Source: Actinomycetota bacterium (GTDB taxonomy: Bacteria > Actinomycetota > JAHEXW01). From it: a stretch of DNA of 64,000 bases. Of this stretch, positions 26,901-34,404 are shown piece by piece. Positions within the stretch are counted from its first letter, which is position 1. Each line of letters starts with the position of its first letter. The notes under the pieces are model-generated. The model ran no database searches. It had not been told where the DNA came from and worked only from the letters and a program-made list of their open reading frames with translations. Position numbers and translations under genes: made by a program. The stretch covers positions 1,530-65,529 of the forward strand of contig JANXYU010000031.1 in the NCBI GenBank assembly GCA_025355855.1. The letters are read 5' to 3'.

Positions 26901-28160
26901 CTATTTCGAGGTGTGCCTGATGGCTGCGTTAAAGGCCGTGATGGTGGCAGGCGTAGGGATTTTTATGGCGATGCCCAAACGCATAATAGCGCCGCCAAAC
27001 AGTTGCAGTTCGTTCGGTTTGCCCGCCTGCTCAACGTCGCGCTGCAGCGATGTCTTGGTATCATACGGAAAAGCGCCGGCTTTATCGAACGTGGCCTCAA
27101 TGATGTTTGCCGGCAAGTAAATCCCCTTCGCGTCCGCAATCGCCTTGATCTCGCACATTATTTGCCTCGTCTGGTCGGCAAGCTCGGGGTCAGCCATGAC
27201 CTCGCCAATAGTCTTGTCATGAGCTGACGTAACCAAGCCAAATGGCGCGATAAAAATAAACTTGGTCCAGATGGCGTTTAGGGGGTCGGCGCTCCACTCG
27301 ACCGGCAGGCCGGCCCGCTCGAAAATGTTCAGCATTTCATCCGGCTTGAAACCGGGATGCGCCGGATCCTCTCCCGTGATGATTATCCCTTGCCCGCTGG
27401 CGTACGTTACTTGCCCCGGGGCGCTGACGTGCACGCTGATTGTGACTGTGGCCGGCAAAACGATTCCGTGGGGAAGCCCGGCGCGCACTCGATCAAAGAT
27501 ATCAACCCCGTTGAGCAAAGGCATGATCACGGTCCGGTCAGCGACAACCGGCGCGAGCGCTTGAGTAGCCCCAGCCAGGTCGTACGCCTTCACGCACAGC
27601 AGAACAAGGTCCGGCGCTGGCGCTTCGCCGACGTCATCGGTTACCAAATATGGACGGGCAATGTGGCGCTGACCGTCGGGAGAAGTAAGCTCTAACCCGT
27701 TTGACCGTATCGCCGCCAAGCCCGCGTTGCGCGCAATCAGCGTAACTCTGACACCCGGCTCCTCGGCCAGAACCAAGCGGGCGCCAAAATATCCGCCAAC
27801 ACCGCCGGTTCCGTAGACGCAGACGTCGTAGACAGCTTCACTAGCCTCGTCGGTCCACTTCTTGGCCAGCAGCTTCAGGTCCGCTATATAATCATATACA
27901 GGGCTTTTGTCCCGATTCACGACTTCCAGCACGATCAATTCCAGCTCGTCCGGAGCGGCATCGAAGTCTTTCTGGAAGCCTTTGTCCATGAACGAACCCG
28001 ACGCCAGTTGGGCGCGAATGCCATTGACCTTGCCCTCCAGGTTGGTCACCCCAAAAATGAAAGCCTGCCCGGTCCGTTTGTTCCGAACCTGCAGGACGCC
28101 CATTTCCGGTCGGTTTTCCTTATATTGGCGTTTGAGCGTGCGTCTTTTGTCGGAGTCCAT
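26901..28160 (-). CDS. Ketopantoate reductase (PanE/ApbA family) fused to an N-terminal degenerate GIY-YIG-like domain
   Basis: C-terminal part has GTGGVGGYFG, LLCVKAYD, PLLNG, WTKF and TSLQRD..KPNEL. The first ~105 aa read MGVLQVRNKRTGQAFIFG..LEVV. Confidence 0.8.
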   Translation of the reverse strand: MDSDKRRTLKRQYKENRPEMGVLQVRNKRTGQAFIFGVTNLEGKVNGIRAQLASGSFMDKGFQKDFDAAPDELELIVLEVVNRDKSPVYDYIADLKLLAKKWTDEASEAVYDVCVYGTGGVGGYFGARLVLAEEPGVRVTLIARNAGLAAIRSNGLELTSPDGQRHIARPYLVTDDVGEAPAPDLVLLCVKAYDLAGATQALAPVVADRTVIMPLLNGVDIFDRVRAGLPHGIVLPATVTISVHVSAPGQVTYASGQGIIITGEDPAHPGFKPDEMLNIFERAGLPVEWSADPLNAIWTKFIFIAPFGLVTSAHDKTIGEVMADPELADQTRQIMCEIKAIADAKGIYLPANIIEATFDKAGAFPYDTKTSLQRDVEQAGKPNELQLFGGAIMRLGIAIKIPTPATITAFNAAIRHTSK

Positions 28161-28402
28161 TGCTCTATTTTAACCTACGAGGGCGGACAGCTAAACGCCA
28201 TCCAGCATCTCTCGTGGCGCAGTCGCTGGTCGTCAAGGACTACCTCTCTGATCTCGTCCGAAAGTTGGGCGCGTTGCCAGGCTCATTCTTGACGACCGTC
28301 TGCTCGCCTCCACCTTCCGGAGCGGCCGCCGCGCAAGTCTGCCAGCCTGTATACAAGACCCGCCAGTCCCTTCTGTGGTTAAATATCGTTATGGAGGCAA
28401 AT

Positions 28403-28720
28403 ATGAGCGCAATACGGCTTGGCATAGTAATGGGACTCGTGTTTGGGATTTTGGACGTCGCCATAATGATCCCTTTAAAATTCGACACGCCGCGTAAGAA
28501 ATGGGAAGCCCTAATCGGCGCGTTTATCGAGCGCTTCATGCTCGGGTTTTTAATCCCGGTCGTTGACTTAGGCATCCACCCTGCCCTGACAGGTCTTCTG
28601 ATCGGTCTGGGCCTTAGTATCCCGACCGCGGTCATAACCCGAACCTATGCACCGATTATCGGCATCGGCGTCGCAGGCGGCGTGATAATGGGCTTCGTGA
28701 CGAAATTTCTCCTAGGCTAG
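28403..28720 (+). CDS. Small multi-pass membrane protein of unknown function
   Basis: GGAGG SD before ATG at 28403, then 105 aa with about four hydrophobic segments. Confidence 0.75.
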   Translation: MSAIRLGIVMGLVFGILDVAIMIPLKFDTPRKKWEALIGAFIERFMLGFLIPVVDLGIHPALTGLLIGLGLSIPTAVITRTYAPIIGIGVAGGVIMGFVTKFLLG

Positions 28721-28752
28721 GTTGCCCATACGTCAGCTAAATAGTTAAGCCG

Positions 28753-29250
28753 ACAACCCCCGAGGATCAGAAACCGAAACCGATAATGCAAGACCTGACC
28801 TCTTGTACATTCCTTGCGCACGTGTGAAAGTTATGGGAGCATATGTTCAGCAGTCTTTATTCAGGTTGAACAATATGGAGGTTGTAGTGGCAGAAGGACC
28901 AAAAAAAAACGAAAGCTTGACCCTGGTATTGTCGTCATTATAGTTTTTATGCTGCTCGCCTTGTTTTTTGTTGTCGGTATGGCGCTATTTGATGATGGGG
29001 GACCGTTTGAAAAGAAGCCAACGCCCCAGGTTGAATCAACAAGCGTTCCTTTACACAAATAACAAAACTACACCCTATCTGTAAATTCTTGAATTCCTGC
29101 GAATTGATTATTCCTAGAATATGGGGGAGTTTTTCTAAACCGCTTGCAGAAAAAAACAGAAGCCGCAGTCGCCGTCATTAGGTCATTGCGAGGAACCCAA
29201 TAACCTCCGAGGATCAGAAGCCAAGATGTTAGGATGCGTGACCTGACCCT
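28753..29250 (+). repeat. Two related ~50-bp elements in direct orientation (28753-28802 and 29200-29250)
   Basis: Both share aYaaccYccgaggatcagaaRcc...atgcRWgacctgacc. Confidence 0.65.
28875..29062 (+). pseudogene. Small single-TM protein apparently out of frame at an A9 tract
   Basis: GGAGG-N5-GTG (28887) frame shifts at A9 (28901-28909). Ten or seven As would join it to RKLDPGIVVIIVFMLLALFFVVGMALF...-stop at 29062. Confidence 0.45.
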
Positions 29251-29400
29251 TAATATGGTTTGCAGGTCACACGCTTTCTGCTCTCCAGGCCTACCTTATG
29301 ACTAAGACAAGAGAAAACACAGACATTACGAGCGTTGATATTCCGAGAACGATGCAAATAAAACTCGAGCGAAGAGCTTTGTTTGGTCGCCTGTTTCTTG

Positions 29401-29452
29401 ATCCACCACGTACGAGATTTGCTGGTAAAGTAAGCTGCGTCTCAGTTCCTGC
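29401..29452 (-). repeat. Conserved element, copy A (core); copy B is at 33031-33082
   Basis: The two cores are 47/52 nt identical in inverted orientation, with further patchy similarity on both sides. Confidence 0.85.
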
Positions 29453-29530
29453 GGCAGCAAATATCAGCAGCCCCAGGATGACCGTTATTGTTTTTGGTTC
29501 TTGTTTCTGTTTCCGCTTGTGCAGAAATGC

Positions 29531-29558
29531 AGAAAGGCCGCCGGTTGGCGGCCTTTCT
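29531..29558 (-). terminator. Hairpin terminator immediately after tmRNA
   Basis: AGAAAGGCCGCC-AACC-GGCGGCCTTTCT, a perfect 12-bp stem. Confidence 0.85.
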
Positions 29559-29561
29559 AAT

Positions 29562-30138
29562 TGGTGGAGGTGGCGGGACCTGGTGCCCCGGCGTTTGCGC
29601 CGGGCAGGGACTATGTCTTCATCCTCGATGTTGGTCGAGGAGCGAGGCGTATAATAGCCGTCTCAGATTTGCCTATTGGCACTGACAGCTATGTAAGTCT
29701 CTACAGGGCATCTCTACCCCTCGGCGTTGCCTTATCCCCTAAAAGGGACTTAGGGTTCACCGATGTAAGCCTCGTTTTCCGTGTGGCGTTACCGCCACAG
29801 GCGACCATTTTGTTGATCGAACCCGCGTCCTAAACGGCCTTAGTAAGAGCATCTTCGAGCGTAGTCCGCGATTTAATCTCGCCTTCCAACCCCCGCGGAC
29901 GGGGTTTAGTCGGCCATCCCGCTGGTTACCGCAAGCGTTAGCGGGAGTCCCGCTTTACGGTTTCCCACTTGTGACGCCAGGTCCTGAGCCGTGGGACTCC
30001 CAGGCTGACGACGCTACTTATTAAGCAGCGTAGGCTAGTTCAGTGTTGGCATTTATAGCCGTTCCGGTTGTTTAACGAGTACCAGCCCTCGGCTCGCTTC
30101 TCTTACCTCATCTGTCCAGTCGATACCTTTACACCCCC
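29562..30138 (-). ncRNA. ssrA: tmRNA interrupted by a group I intron in the T-loop; tag peptide (A)ANTELAYAA
   Basis: 5' GGGGGTG pairs with 3' CACCTCC-ACCA. Resume ORF GCC AAC ACT GAA CTA GCC TAC GCT GCT TAA at 30050-30021. Lies next to smpB. Removing 29579-29815 restores GCGGG-TTCGATT-CCCGC and gives a 340-nt RNA. Confidence 0.97.
29579..29815 (-). mobile_element. Group I self-splicing intron (237 nt, no ORF, IA-like with P7.1/P7.2)
   Basis: P1 CGAU^CA/UGGUCG with a U-G pair at the splice site; P3 CGAGGC/GCCUCG; P-like CAUCGGUGAAC; Q-like GGCAACGCCGAGG; R GUAGAGACU; S GAAGACAUAGUCC; P8; P9; terminal omega-G. Confidence 0.95.
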
Positions 30139-30283
30139 TTGCGCCGTCTCAAATTCTACGGTTACCTTAGAATTATCGTCGGGAAAAGTTTTGTGTGGTG
30201 TAATTGCCTGGTTGTCAAAGATCCTGACTTCTCGATTCGTCCGACTATGTCGGACTCACTTGAAGAGCCTTTTTGGTTGCCTT

Positions 30284-30316
30284 GTAATCCTTGTACTCTT
30301 CGTAATCTTCGTATTC
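30284..30316 (-). repeat. 9-bp tandem repeat array at the smpB stop codon
   Basis: gtaatc/gtactc/gtaatc/gtattc units start at 30284, 30293, 30302 and 30311. Confidence 0.75.
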
Positions 30317-30775
30317 CTATTTCCTAGGTTTGTGTTTTTCCTTGAAGGCGCGGGCGACGTCCCGTTTGGCTTCCTTTTCCGCGATCGTATGCCGCTTGTC
30401 GTACTGCGCCTTGCCCTTCCCCAGCCCCAGTTCCAGCTTGGCGAATCCGTGCTTGAAATATATCTTGAGCGGGATCAGCGTGTATCCTTTTTCCTTAACC
30501 CTGCCCGCCAATCGGTTGATCTCGGCCTTGTTAAGCAAGAGCTTCCGTTCCCGGGTCGGCTCCACATTAACGATGTTGCCTTGCTCATATGGACTGATGT
30601 GGAGGTTGTTGATGAAAACCTCGCCGTTCTTTATCCGCCCGAAGCCGTCTACCAAGTTTGCCCGACCAGCGCGCAGAGACTTGACCTCGGTGCCGGTCAG
30701 CACCATGCCGGTTTCGTAAGTCTCTTCGATGAAGTAATCGTGATAGGCTTTGCGGTTCGTGGCGACGGTTTTCAA
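30317..30775 (-). CDS. smpB: SsrA-binding protein SmpB
   Basis: [21 protein letters not shown] and [10 protein letters not shown] motifs. TTG start at 30775 follows GGAG/GAGG. Confidence 0.98.
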   Translation of the reverse strand: MKTVATNRKAYHDYFIEETYETGMVLTGTEVKSLRAGRANLVDGFGRIKNGEVFINNLHISPYEQGNIVNVEPTRERKLLLNKAEINRLAGRVKEKGYTLIPLKIYFKHGFAKLELGLGKGKAQYDKRHTIAEKEAKRDVARAFKEKHKPRK

Positions 30776-30783
30776 AAGACCTC

Positions 30784-32154
30784 TTACTCCATTATAGCAC
30801 TTGGACTCGACGTTTCCGGTTCCGCAGATGCGCCGCCGAACGCCAGCCAGGCCAGGAAGAAGAACGATATCGCGTAGTAAAAGTAGTTGTTGTGAGTGAA
30901 ATACGAAAAGACAATGAAAACGAGCGTTGTAATCGCGGAGGCCAGCATCACGATTTGCAGTGTGTTCCGCCGGCGCTGCCACCATAATAGCAGGGCCATC
31001 AGAGGCGCCAGGAAGACGATGTAAAAGATTTGCGACGGGAACGAACTACCGGCGTTTTTGACTAGCCCCATGTGCAAGGCGATTGCGCTGGCAGTCCAGC
31101 CGTCGATGTGGGCGCCGTTCTTGGTCAGGCCGTTCGGATATTTAACGATGTCGTTGATGAAATGCCCCGGGCTCCACAAGAAGAATGGCACCGCGAAGAC
31201 AAGAATCATCACGCCCAAGATAAGAACAGTGATCGCCAAAGGTGTCAGTTTTCCGTCCGACCCGCGCACCCAGCCGCTATCCTTGATATGTTGGCCGGCC
31301 ACGTAAAGCAGATAGAAAGGCAGAACAAGCAACATGAACTGCTTGGACAGTAGGCTCATTCCGAAGAACACCGCGGACCAACCGTAGCGACGCTTCGTCA
31401 GGAATAACAGTGACAGAACAAGGCCGGTCATCGCCGCCACCTCATTTGAACCGGCGACAAAATAGAAGACCACATCGGGATTGAGACCGAAGACGATCAT
31501 CATCGCCAGTTTGGATTCCCTCGTCGGCGCGAGCCGGTACAAGGCCCAGAGCAACAGGAAGAATATCGGCAGATAAACAAACCTCAGGTCAAAATAGCCG
31601 ACCGTATAGTGCACAAAAAGATAACCCGGCAGAGGCATCAGGAAGGTCATGGGGAGATAGACATAGTGCTCCAGCGGGCCGGCGGTCTCTCCCGCCATAT
31701 GAGCCATCGGTGTGTTGTAGTAGGTCTGACTGTACGGGTTTTGCCCATGCAGCAGCATCTTCATGGCCTCTTCCGTCTGAACGGCTGAGTCCATAATGCG
31801 ATGGCTGGGACCGGCGACATAACGGCCGCCAATGCTTAGACTCATCGGCCCGATGACGGTCAACGCGATCAAGACCCCCAGTATCGTCAACTTGGCCGCG
31901 TGCCTGCGCCGGGCGTTGCTCAAAAAGAACTCAGTCATGAGATACCCAGCGACCAGCAGGATAACCAACATAGCGTCAATATGTAGCAGCAGATCGGCGG
32001 TCCGGTTCGCCGGTGTGACGTAACGGATGTACCACAAAGACATGGTAAACATCAGCACCAGAAGACCTGTATCGATAGAGATGTTTAGGGGCTTAGGGTC
32101 GGCCACAACCGACTCCGCTTGCACTTTGGGGTCATTTGTCATGCTGATTATCAT
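30784..32154 (-). CDS. Multi-pass membrane glycosyltransferase, GT-C fold (GT87/DUF2029-like)
   Basis: Many TM segments, with [28 protein letters not shown] and KQF motifs. Confidence 0.65.
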   Translation of the reverse strand: MIISMTNDPKVQAESVVADPKPLNISIDTGLLVLMFTMSLWYIRYVTPANRTADLLLHIDAMLVILLVAGYLMTEFFLSNARRRHAAKLTILGVLIALTVIGPMSLSIGGRYVAGPSHRIMDSAVQTEEAMKMLLHGQNPYSQTYYNTPMAHMAGETAGPLEHYVYLPMTFLMPLPGYLFVHYTVGYFDLRFVYLPIFFLLLWALYRLAPTRESKLAMMIVFGLNPDVVFYFVAGSNEVAAMTGLVLSLLFLTKRRYGWSAVFFGMSLLSKQFMLLVLPFYLLYVAGQHIKDSGWVRGSDGKLTPLAITVLILGVMILVFAVPFFLWSPGHFINDIVKYPNGLTKNGAHIDGWTASAIALHMGLVKNAGSSFPSQIFYIVFLAPLMALLLWWQRRRNTLQIVMLASAITTLVFIVFSYFTHNNYFYYAISFFFLAWLAFGGASAEPETSSPSAIME

Positions 32155-32165
32155 ATACTAAAAGC

Positions 32166-32576
32166 ATGAAGCTGGAGTGGACGACCAAACATAGCGTCAA
32201 CGTCAAAGAGATTGACGAGCAGCACAAATATTTTATCGGCTTGATAAACGAGATGTTTGAGGCCTTGGAGCGCCGCGAAGTCGAAGCCGTAGTCGACGAT
32301 ACGTTGAACCAGCTGGCGACGTATGCGCAGTTCCATTTCGCGACGGAAGAGAAATTGATGGCGCAGTGCGGTTACGAGGGCTTGAAGCGACAAAAAGACG
32401 CGCATGCCGATCTGACGAACCGTCTGATCGAACTACTCGACGAACGCAAGGTCACGCTGGACATCTACAAATACTACTACGACCTTTTGGATTTCCTTAA
32501 GGAATGGTTGCTAGACCACTTGCTCACCGAAGACGTTAAATTCTCCAAGTGTATGAACGACCACGGGATTTTCTAG
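32166..32576 (+). CDS. Bacteriohemerythrin-like protein with one His ligand replaced
   Basis: IDEQH, HFATEE, QKDAH (where HxxxH is expected) and HLLTED. Confidence 0.9.
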   Translation: MKLEWTTKHSVNVKEIDEQHKYFIGLINEMFEALERREVEAVVDDTLNQLATYAQFHFATEEKLMAQCGYEGLKRQKDAHADLTNRLIELLDERKVTLDIYKYYYDLLDFLKEWLLDHLLTEDVKFSKCMNDHGIF

Positions 32577-32593
32577 GTCGCGCTGGTTTCCGG

Positions 32594-32619
32594 CTGCCGG
32601 TCTGAAGACCGGCAGCTAC
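32594..32619 (-). repeat. GTAG-type REP, class A
   Basis: Minus strand reads GTAG-CTGCCGGTC-TTCA-GACCGGCAG. Confidence 0.85.
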
Positions 32620-32643
32620 ACTAAACCCAAGTACGTGCTGCCA

Positions 32644-32789
32644 AGTGCTGTAGTGCTTTACAGCGCTACAGTGTTGCTTGCTAAAGCGCTTTACCGCCTT
32701 AGCGCACCAAAGCGCTCCGCCAACTCAATCCCCAATAGTAAAAGGTTGCCAGCTCGTCGCATCACTTCAGCGCTACGTAGCGCTGAAGT
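32644..32789. repeat. Cluster of AGYGCT-core palindromes and short repeats
   Basis: Five AGCGCT sites, a perfect 26-bp palindrome at 32764-32789, a 12-bp palindrome at 32682-32693 and a 10-bp hairpin at 32648-32671. Confidence 0.75.
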
Positions 32790-33030
32790 ATTACCAGGTC
32801 GAAGTGTTTCGCCGCAAGAATGACAGCAGAAAGCGCCAGAGCCGCCCTCTATGTCTCGCGAACGCGTAGGCATTAGTTATTACGGGGTTGTGATAAGCGG
32901 GTGGTGCGACTGGGGGGACCCTCCCCAGAACGGGCACAGGAATCTGAAACAAGAAACAAGAGTCGCGTCATTCGGTCCTTGTGCGGAATAGGGATGCGAA
33001 CGGTCATCTGGGTCCGCGCTTTTTGCGGGC

Positions 33031-33082
33031 GCAGGAACTGACACGCTGCTTACTTTACCGGCAAATATCGTGCGTGGTGGAT
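33031..33082 (+). repeat. Conserved element, copy B (core)
   Basis: 47/52 nt identical to the reverse complement of 29401-29452. Confidence 0.85.
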
Positions 33083-33171
33083 AAAGGAACAAAGCCGGGG
33101 TCGCGAACCTTGAGAGCCATGAACAAGACTAAAAGACTTTGAGTGATCCTCTCAGCGAGACTACTGCCCGT

Positions 33172-34389
33172 CTAGTTCTTTAGTGTCTTCCAGTCGGTTC
33201 CGCCCAACATCAACTGCAAAACCTCTAAGGCCTTGTTCAGCTGGGCATCTGTCGCGTCTCCGGCCGGCGGCTGAGCCACTTTGATATCGGGAGTGACGCC
33301 GACCTTGTTAATGGTGCGGCCTTTCGGAGTGTAGTATTTGGCGGTCGTGATTATCAAGCCGCTGCCGTCGGACAGATCCATGACTGTTTGTACACTACCC
33401 TTGCCGTAGCTTTGTTCGCCAATAATCGGTCCGCGGCCGTAGTCTTGAATGGCTCCCGCGACGATCTCGGAAGCCGACGCGCTTCCCTTATTGACCAGTA
33501 CACACATGGGAATCTCGGTGTCGGCGGTGCCGGTGGCCGTGTATCTCTGTTCCGCTTTGTTCTTCTCGCGGATAGACACGATCACACCCTTGCCGATAAA
33601 AGCGCTGGCGACGTCAACGCCACTGATCAACAGGCCTCCCGGGTTGTTGCGCAAATCGAACACGATGCCCTTGGCGCCTTCGGCTTTCAGTTTTAGTATC
33701 TCTTTGCGCACATCAGGCCCGGCCGACGAATCGAAACTATGTATCAGACGGATATAACCGATGTTGCCTTCCAGCTTGGATTGGATGTTGGGCACGCGGA
33801 TCTCGGCTCGGGTCAGCGTAACGTCGCGCGCCGGGGTGTCGCCGGTGACGACGGTGATGGTAACCTTCGTGCCGCTCTTGCCTTTGATTTTGTTGACTGC
33901 GGTGTCAAGCGGCATGTCTTTGGTCGGCTTGCCGTCGATCGCTGTGATCTTGTCGCCAGCCTTGAGACCGGCCTGGCCGGCTGGGGTGCCATCGATGGGG
34001 CTGACCACCGTCAGCTGGCCATCGGTGAGCTCCAGCGTCATGCCCACCCCTTCAAAACGTCCCTCGGTGACCTCATTGACGTGCTGGAAATCGGTCTTGC
34101 TGAAGTGCATTGTATGAGGATCTCCCAAGGCGTCTAACATGCCGTTGATGGCGCCGTTAACCAGTTTGGTTTTGTTTGGCGTCTCCACGTACTGAGTCAT
34201 CGTAATGTTGTAGATCTCTTCCAAAACGCTGAACGTCGAACCGTTGCTGTTCGATAGCGAAGCATGGTTGGCAACGAAGCCATTCAGAGCGACTCTCTCG
34301 CCGAGGAAGAGACCGCCGGCAAAGACGCACGCGGCAATGAAGACGGCCAATAAGGTGACTCCGGTGATTTTCATGGCTTTCTTAGGCAA
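33172..34389 (-). CDS. S41 family carboxy-terminal processing protease (CtpA-like)
   Basis: PDZ domain, DLRNNPGG, SASASEIVAGA and SYGKGSVQ motifs. Confidence 0.95.
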   Translation of the reverse strand: MPKKAMKITGVTLLAVFIAACVFAGGLFLGERVALNGFVANHASLSNSNGSTFSVLEEIYNITMTQYVETPNKTKLVNGAINGMLDALGDPHTMHFSKTDFQHVNEVTEGRFEGVGMTLELTDGQLTVVSPIDGTPAGQAGLKAGDKITAIDGKPTKDMPLDTAVNKIKGKSGTKVTITVVTGDTPARDVTLTRAEIRVPNIQSKLEGNIGYIRLIHSFDSSAGPDVRKEILKLKAEGAKGIVFDLRNNPGGLLISGVDVASAFIGKGVIVSIREKNKAEQRYTATGTADTEIPMCVLVNKGSASASEIVAGAIQDYGRGPIIGEQSYGKGSVQTVMDLSDGSGLIITTAKYYTPKGRTINKVGVTPDIKVAQPPAGDATDAQLNKALEVLQLMLGGTDWKTLKN

Positions 34390-34404
34390 TCTTAAGGCTC
34401 CTTT

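Noticed and set aside
27840-28160. GIY-YIG-like domain as the homing endonuclease of the tmRNA intron
   Set aside because: It lies outside the intron, lacks the signature tyrosines and is fused to a metabolic enzyme. Proximity alone is not evidence.
28160-28402. N-terminal extension of the 28160-28720 ORF
   Set aside because: A clear GGAGG SD precedes ATG 28403, and the extension has no recognisable features.
29298-29833. Plus-strand ORFs 29298-29654 and 29561-29833 as intron-encoded or island proteins
   Set aside because: They run antisense through the tmRNA 3' end and the intron core, and show no endonuclease motifs.
30776-30985. Long N-terminal extension of SmpB in the ORF track
   Set aside because: It overlaps the upstream membrane gene. 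The TTG at 30775 has an SD and gives a normal-length SmpB.
32691-32873. 60-aa ORF with a CHSCG zinc-like motif
   Set aside because: It has only one CxxC, its 3' half is palindromic repeat sequence, and it has no clear SD.
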